From positions 224,001 through 288,000 of the IMG/VR virus record IMGVR_UViG_3300015615_000629: a DNA stretch of 64,000 nucleotides. The stretch is one strand, 5' to 3'. Shown one piece after another: positions 57,712 through 64,000 of this stretch; position 1 is the stretch's first letter, and each line of letters starts with the position of its first letter. Source of the stretch: a virus. Taxonomy: Duplodnaviria; Heunggongvirae; Uroviricota; Caudoviricetes. The notes below the pieces were generated by a model. It did no database searches and had not been told where the DNA came from. It saw nothing but the letters and a program-made list of their open reading frames with translations. Both the position numbers and the translations under genes were made by a program.

Positions 57712-58019
57712 CGATATTTGTCCATGAGTTGGTGAGCACCTTCTGTACCACGCTCTGCTTCAAACGCTTCGAAGGCTTTATTCCATGCTATGCCTCGATT
57801 CTTTAGATGTCTGTCTGCCGCCCTAGTGATCGATGAAAAGGTCATTAAAACAACTGGCTTTAACCTGTTTTTATCTACCTTTTCGAGTATATAATCCACC
57901 TCTTCAAATCTTCCTTCACACAACAAATCGTCAATATTCCCGATTACATCGTGAACGCCCTTACGCTCCAATGTAACATATAATTTTTCAAGCCAATCGT
58001 CTAATTCTTTTACGTTCAT
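57708..58019 (-). CDS. hypothetical protein
   Basis: 103-aa ORF, ATGA overlap. Confidence 0.7.
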   Translation of the reverse strand: MNVKELDDWLEKLYVTLERKGVHDVIGNIDDLLCEGRFEEVDYILEKVDKNRLKPVVLMTFSSITRAADRHLKNRGIAWNKAFEAFEAERGTEGAHQLMDKYR

Positions 58020-58417
58020 GTTTTTCTAATTGAAAAAAATCGATTTCTGAATCCAAAATGTTTTGCTAACACCGGCTCCGAGTGGTCATCTGTATATACC
58101 CAGAAGTTGGTTCCGTCTATACCCCTTATAGCACAAATCAAAGGCTTTCCAAAGCACCCAACCCATCCAAACATTGTCTTTCTGTCTCTGTTACTAGGGC
58201 TTGCATCGCAGTGTGGGTGGGTATGCAAAAACCCCACAACACGGCCCGTTTGTTCTTCTTCAGAAACCAAGGAATCTGCATTGAAACCAACTTCGCTGCT
58301 GGTTCCGAAGTTCAGATAGACAGATTTGGAAAAAGTGAATTCTAACCCTAGAATCCGAATAGTTCGACCAAAAAGTACCCAAAGATGCTCAATTTCTTCA
58401 TCAATCATATCTATCAT
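58016..58417 (-). CDS. JAB/MPN+ (JAMM) metallopeptidase
   Basis: E..., VVGFLHTHP....PS.RD JAMM motif. Confidence 0.88.
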   Translation of the reverse strand: MIDMIDEEIEHLWVLFGRTIRILGLEFTFSKSVYLNFGTSSEVGFNADSLVSEEEQTGRVVGFLHTHPHCDASPSNRDRKTMFGWVGCFGKPLICAIRGIDGTNFWVYTDDHSEPVLAKHFGFRNRFFSIRKT

Positions 58418-59207
58418 GGCTTTCTCGCATGACTGTAACAAGGCTTTGTAGGTCAAAGGTTCTATCCTGTCCAGATAGACAGATTCCAGACGTTTGGACA
58501 TCTAGATTTTTGCTAATAACCGATCTGTGATTGTGTCCATCCACGACATAATCAATAGTATAAGTATCGCCACGCTCAATGTGGCCACGATACTCTGCTC
58601 CCGCACGAGTTAAAGCCAATCTTATTTTTTGTTCTTCTCGACTCTTTTTGGCCGCCTCGTTGGTAGTCCAAGCAAATAGATAAGAATTTCTTTCTGCTTG
58701 AGAGATTCCAGGTAAATTTAACTTGTCTGGTTCTAAATCAGAGGTAAAACTTTCTCTTAAATATTGAGCGTTTTGGAGTGGGACTTTTTCGTAAGACCCT
58801 TCATACCAACAGGTTACACCATCAAATCTGGCTTGAACTACATCAAAAATTTGAACTTCTTCGGCAAAGTGAATAGGGACAATGCCGGAAACTTTGTCCT
58901 GAGTTAATGGAATTCCATACCAAATTTGATCTTCTTGTTTAGCAAGTACAAACCTTACAGGTGGAAATAGATTAAGATATTGGGTTCGTTCGGCCAGAGA
59001 AGGCTGGCGAACAAGAATAGCCTCTTTAAAGTTTCTTGGCGTAAAGACGCCCCAACCAGAGAAGTGATTAGGTTGAGCCACCGACATGGATAAAATTACA
59101 CCATTGATACGGACCCTGATGGGTTTATCCCGAATAACAGGGCTTAAAAAGACAGAATCCTTAAATTCCGTCTCTTGTCGTGCTAATTTTTCAAATAAAT
59201 CTTTCAT
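58401..59207 (-). CDS. conserved protein with C-terminal E2-like GICL motif
   Basis: SGICLSGQDRTFDLQSLV; lies between Ubl/TROVE and JAB/E1. Confidence 0.55.
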   Translation of the reverse strand: MKDLFEKLARQETEFKDSVFLSPVIRDKPIRVRINGVILSMSVAQPNHFSGWGVFTPRNFKEAILVRQPSLAERTQYLNLFPPVRFVLAKQEDQIWYGIPLTQDKVSGIVPIHFAEEVQIFDVVQARFDGVTCWYEGSYEKVPLQNAQYLRESFTSDLEPDKLNLPGISQAERNSYLFAWTTNEAAKKSREEQKIRLALTRAGAEYRGHIERGDTYTIDYVVDGHNHRSVISKNLDVQTSGICLSGQDRTFDLQSLVTVMRESHDRYD

Positions 59208-59554
59208 TCTTGTTCTGCTTTTGTAATTGTTGGCTTAACTTCAATTCCTTTTAAATTTCCATTGCCAGTAAACCATATTTTAACTGGTTGTCCTGTTGGA
59301 ATGACAAGTGGTTCTACAGAATAGAGGGACATAACTCTGCCATCTTCAAACCTTATTTCCCAGTTTGTTCCTCCGTAACCCAATTCTGGGATTACAGAAA
59401 CTTGTTTGATTACTCCTTCAACAGATTGGCTTGTGCTGCCCTTTTTAGCAGAGTTAAAGGCAGTAAATAGCAGAGCGACTAGGATACCAATTATCGCCAA
59501 CGTAATCAGAAGTTCGATAAGTGTAAATGCTTTTTTCATGTTTGATCTTCCCAC
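59204..59554 (-). CDS. prepilin-type N-terminal cleavage/methylation domain protein
   Basis: KKAFTLIELLITLAIIGILVALL. Confidence 0.85.
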   Translation of the reverse strand: MGRSNMKKAFTLIELLITLAIIGILVALLFTAFNSAKKGSTSQSVEGVIKQVSVIPELGYGGTNWEIRFEDGRVMSLYSVEPLVIPTGQPVKIWFTGNGNLKGIEVKPTITKAEQE

Positions 59555-60006
59555 ACATCTGGAATGTATTTTAATTTTTCGCTGCGATTGACATATGATC
59601 GAACGTGGTCTAAATTTTTATAGTCAAATATATCCCAAAATTTAGTATTCCAAAATCTGTCTATTACTGTGTTGCACAATATTTTTTGATCTCTAAAACA
59701 AGGCCCCACATTAAGACATGTCAAACCGTTAGAACTTATATTTGGCAGCAATAATCCAAAGCCGCAGGCGTCAGTTAAATAGCAATATCTATATACAAAT
59801 AAATTTTGATGCGAAAGTTTTGTATAAAATATTGCAAATCTAATATTTGGAAACTTTAGACTAACTACCCTGTCAATAAACAAAGCTGGTCGGAGAGGTG
59901 AAGCAGTAAGCAGCAGCGTGCGAAAACCACTAGGTTGATCAATCTCTGCCTTATGCCAAACTCCATATGTGTCCCAATCTATTTGTGGGCTTTTAAAAAA
60001 ACGCAT
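59536..60006 (-). CDS. prokaryotic E2-like protein (Prok-E2 B/D-type candidate)
   Basis: LPNISSNGLTCL and FWNTKF resemble the PN...G..C..FW.S.F core. Confidence 0.55.
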   Translation of the reverse strand: MRFFKSPQIDWDTYGVWHKAEIDQPSGFRTLLLTASPLRPALFIDRVVSLKFPNIRFAIFYTKLSHQNLFVYRYCYLTDACGFGLLLPNISSNGLTCLNVGPCFRDQKILCNTVIDRFWNTKFWDIFDYKNLDHVRSYVNRSEKLKYIPDVWEDQT

Positions 60007-60022
60007 TTTCACGCGGTCCAAC

Positions 60023-60047
60023 AAAAAAGGGAGGGCTAAACCCTCCC
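60023..60047 (-). terminator. intrinsic terminator
   Basis: gggaggg-tttag-ccctccc followed by U6 on minus strand. Confidence 0.7.
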
Positions 60048-60075
60048 ATCATAGCACAATTTTTTCGATGTTCAA

Positions 60076-60258
60076 CTACTTATAATCGGCGATAATTTCG
60101 GTCATTGCCCTTTCGCAGGCTTCTAGCTCTTCTGGTTCAGATAATGCATTGTTTAAATAAAGATCAACAAGTTCTTCTAAATCGTCTAGATCATCAATAT
60201 CGTTAATTTTTTGATACTGACTTTTCAAAAGTTTTAATGCGGAAATGAAGTCGTTCAT
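60076..60258 (-). CDS. small acidic protein
   Basis: 60-aa ORF, ATGA overlap. Confidence 0.6.
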   Translation of the reverse strand: MNDFISALKLLKSQYQKINDIDDLDDLEELVDLYLNNALSEPEELEACERAMTEIIADYK

Positions 60259-60503
60259 TTGACGTTCTTTTGCTGTTCTTCGGCCTTTGGTTCTGGAACG
60301 AAGTAATCGCCTTTATTTATCTGATTATAGATTTGCTCAGAAACTTGAAATTGGTATGCAGGTGCTTTGATTACTACGTAATAATCCACTACCAAATTCC
60401 CATTTGTTTCTCGAAGCTTTCTGTACTTTTCTATAATCTCCCCTTCGGTTGGAGGGGCACAACCAACCAGAAAAAGTGCAATTAAAATGAGTAATTTACG
60501 CAT
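60255..60503 (-). CDS. putative lipoprotein
   Basis: Lipobox LVGC after hydrophobic leader. Confidence 0.7.
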   Translation of the reverse strand: MRKLLILIALFLVGCAPPTEGEIIEKYRKLRETNGNLVVDYYVVIKAPAYQFQVSEQIYNQINKGDYFVPEPKAEEQQKNVK

Positions 60504-62195
<1,692 letters not shown>

Positions 62196-62201
62196 CTCTT
62201 A

Positions 62202-62346
62202 AAAAACACTACTTCATCTGAGTCGCACTAGCAGTTTTGATAAACAACTAGGAATCGAACCTAGTCTTCAACCTCTGAAGGGTTGCGTCCTACCAACGGA
62301 CACTTGTTTGTAATGCTGTTGCAGTTGGAGACGTAGTAGTATTTTT
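62202..62346 (-). ncRNA. Y-RNA-like unit B containing tRNA cloverleaf (anticodon UCA)
   Basis: 18-bp terminal stem with G-U pairs on minus strand; same motifs; D arm gtcc/ggac, caacc-CUUCAGA-ggttg, T arm ctagg-TTCGATT-cctag (62242-62309); no CCA. Confidence 0.8.
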
Positions 62347-62355
62347 CCTCGTGTA

Positions 62356-62565
62356 TTAACCGAACACGGCTTCCGGACGAACCGTAATGTCACCCGTTGC
62401 CCGGTTGCGTTCAACGTGCATGTAACTCAACTTGCCCGACTCCAAATTTAAATGAGCCGTGACAGCCGACAAAATCTGTTCGTCAGACGAAACTTCGCCA
62501 ATATCAAGCAAGTTCTGCTCGACATCGTAACTTCGTCCGTCGTATCGAATGTGTAGTTGAGCCAT
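62356..62565 (-). CDS. ubiquitin-like (beta-grasp) protein with C-terminal Gly
   Basis: 69 aa, beta-beta-alpha-beta-beta pattern, ends ITVRPEAVFG; SD AAGGGG; E1/JAB nearby. Confidence 0.7.
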   Translation of the reverse strand: MAQLHIRYDGRSYDVEQNLLDIGEVSSDEQILSAVTAHLNLESGKLSYMHVERNRATGDITVRPEAVFG

Positions 62566-62588
62566 TTTAGTTTACCCCTTGTAAAAAA

Positions 62589-62698
62589 GACTTCGGTATC
62601 TGAGTCCTAGCAGCGTTGTCTTTGGGGCTTCACGCCCCGCAGACGGTCAAAACTTTGCAAGTGTTTGTAATGCTGTTAGCGTTGGAGACACCTGAGTC
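62589..62698 (-). ncRNA. Y-RNA-like unit C
   Basis: Terminal stem gactcaggtgtct/agataccgaagtc; CCAAC-N11-TACAAACA and GACTC motifs; inner ggggc/gcccc hairpin. Confidence 0.7.
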
Positions 62699-62700
62699 AA

Positions 62701-62831
62701 GGCGGGAGATGCTGGATTCGAACCAACTATTTCGGTTTTCAGTCGAAACGTTACCTTGTTTGTAGAGTTCTGTCAGTTGGCGACGGTAAAACCATCGAAG
62801 TCGAAAAAACCTGACTTTTTTAAATCTCCCG
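62701..62831 (-). tRNA. tRNA-Phe(GAA)-like RNA with large insertion replacing the D arm (unit D)
   Basis: Acceptor gggagat/atctccc, T arm gttgg-TTCGAAT-ccagc, anticodon loop CUGAAAA; insert contains CCAAC-N11-TACAAACA. Confidence 0.65.
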
Positions 62832-62859
62832 AATGACAACCATTGGTTGCCACTCCCCT

Positions 62860-62887
62860 AATCTACCGCAGTTTTTTCGTTTGTCAA
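62860..62887 (-). promoter_or_regulatory. sigma70-type promoter of RNA array/Ubl unit
   Basis: TTGACA-16-TAGATT; predicted transcript begins with 11-bp hairpin gagtggcaacc/ggttgtcattc (62831-62855). Confidence 0.7.
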
Positions 62888-62896
62888 CCAACTTTT

Positions 62897-63328
62897 TCAA
62901 GATTTTTTGTTTTTGCCAAAATTTTCGCAAAAACCCGCCAAAGTGCTGCCAATATTCCGATAGTAACGCTTGATTTCAGCGATCTCAAATTCCTGATTTC
63001 TAAAAGAATCCAGACTGACACCATTGGAAGAATGCACAAATCGGGTAATCTTGTCACCCTTGAAACATAAAACGCCTGCATCGTTTCTTAATAAAGGGTG
63101 AAATTTGGATTCCGAATCCAGAGAATTCCATAATTCTAGTTCTTTTTCAGTTGGTTTCAAGTCTTCAATTTCAAATCCATCAATTCCTGGGCTTCCCATA
63201 ATATACTTTTTTCCCTTAAATTCAATAATATGCTTTCTGCTTGGATGTCGCATGGCTTCCCTGATTTGCCTGCGTGCATCAGGGTCAGACATCATTTTTC
63301 GAAATCTATCACTAAGTAATACTTCCAT
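62897..63328 (-). CDS. hypothetical protein
   Basis: 143-aa ORF. Confidence 0.65.
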   Translation of the reverse strand: MEVLLSDRFRKMMSDPDARRQIREAMRHPSRKHIIEFKGKKYIMGSPGIDGFEIEDLKPTEKELELWNSLDSESKFHPLLRNDAGVLCFKGDKITRFVHSSNGVSLDSFRNQEFEIAEIKRYYRNIGSTLAGFCENFGKNKKS

Positions 63329-63329
63329 A

Positions 63330-63641
63330 TCAATTCCTAGAAACTGGTCTCAAACCTTCTTTATAATATCGAAGATTTCCCCTATTTACAATCTTTGTAA
63401 ACAATCCCACCAATCCAGGCAATACATCGTCTAGATATTCTGGCAACAAATCTGCCGTCATTATGCCTATCCATTTCTGGTGGCCTTCTGTGGCCTGTTC
63501 TTCTGTATCATATTGTTCGACAACAATTAACTCGTTTTCATTATAAAATGGGTGTTGAATGGCCGTCTCATAACGTGGATTGTCAAACGCCTTGACAGTT
63601 GATACCACTAAATTTGGTTCTTCGTGTGTAAGTTGGAACAT
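63330..63641 (-). CDS. hypothetical phage protein
   Basis: VSTV...YET.I...EQY.T.E.A..GH motif. Confidence 0.7.
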   Translation of the reverse strand: MFQLTHEEPNLVVSTVKAFDNPRYETAIQHPFYNENELIVVEQYDTEEQATEGHQKWIGIMTADLLPEYLDDVLPGLVGLFTKIVNRGNLRYYKEGLRPVSRN

Positions 63642-64000
63642 TTTCTGTTATACTTCTTAGTCAATGAGTACCTTGCCTTTAGTTTACAAACCCACGCTAA
63701 ACTAACTCCATATTTTTTCGCAATGTCCTTGGAAATCATATTTTTCGCATCGGCTATAAGTTGTTCTTTGGAAATTTTTTGAGGCCATTGGGCTTGCTTA
63801 CCACGAGGTTTCTTTATTCCATAACTTTTATACCAATACGAAACTGTCATTGAACAGACATTAAATATTTTTCCAATCTCTCGATAAGGCAAGTCACTTA
63901 GAGTTAATAGGACTTCCTTTGGAGGAATATTTGATTTGCCTTTTTTCTTATAGTTTATTTTGTAACGTTGTACCCTTTGATGAATGGCTTGTCTACTGAC
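63608..64000 (-). CDS. multi-HTH DNA-binding protein (5' end outside window)
   Basis: Frame open to window edge (VSRQAIHQRV...); HTHs YREIGKIFNVCSMTVSYW and SKDIAKKYGVSLAWV. Confidence 0.7.
   Translation of the reverse strand, partial: VSRQAIHQRVQRYKINYKKKGKSNIPPKEVLLTLSDLPYREIGKIFNVCSMTVSYWYKSYGIKKPRGKQAQWPQKISKEQLIADAKNMISKDIAKKYGVSLAWVCKLKARYSLTKKYNRKCSNLHTKNQI

Noticed and set aside
58418-58501. Longer JAB start from the track (58501)
   Set aside because: Would overlap the upstream gene by about 100 nt; ATGs at 58417/58408 near the upstream stop are more plausible
62242-62309. UCA-anticodon tRNA as evidence of genome-wide TGA recoding
   Set aside because: Many genes end in TGA with ATGA overlaps, and conserved proteins are full length in code 11
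62630-62839. 69-aa minus-strand ORF from the track
   Set aside because: Overlaps RNA units C and D entirely, has no SD and no protein-like features

Overview
This 64-kb, AT-rich, gene-dense window looks like part of a large or jumbo dsDNA phage genome using standard code 11, with most genes on the minus strand. It has a T4-like replication/recombination set: UvsX/RecA, gp32-like SSB, UvsY-like, gp41/DnaB-like, UvsW-like and Ski2-like helicases, and two short PolA-family proteins. It also carries virion/adhesin-like repeat proteins, three DNA methyltransferases and many small hypothetical genes. Several host-like genes (Planctomycete-type extracellular motif with G8 and dockerin domains, prepilin-type leader, YHS and CxxCH/PDZ proteins) suggest a Planctomycetota host; this is inference. 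The most striking locus is at ~55.9-62.9 kb. A sigma70-type promoter drives four related structured RNAs that share CCAAC-N11-TACAAACA; two contain tRNA cloverleafs (anticodons GAA and UCA) and one a CAU anticodon-like hairpin. They are interleaved with a ubiquitin-like gene ending in Gly. Downstream lie a Ro60/TROVE-vWA-like protein, two E2-like candidates, a JAB/MPN+ peptidase and a ThiF/E1 enzyme, forming a candidate phage Ro/Y-RNA plus ubiquitin-like conjugation system. Other highlights: an orphan ~155-nt rod-shaped ncRNA with its own terminator; a recurrent T4 capsid-targeting-like peptide motif on about ten proteins, including ADP-ribosyltransferase-like ones; widespread leaderless promoter architecture; a Dam-like methylase with no canonical start codon next to a PD-(D/E)xK-like nuclease; and a PLP histidine/serine-type decarboxylase. 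All family calls are from motif recognition by eye; no database searches were run.
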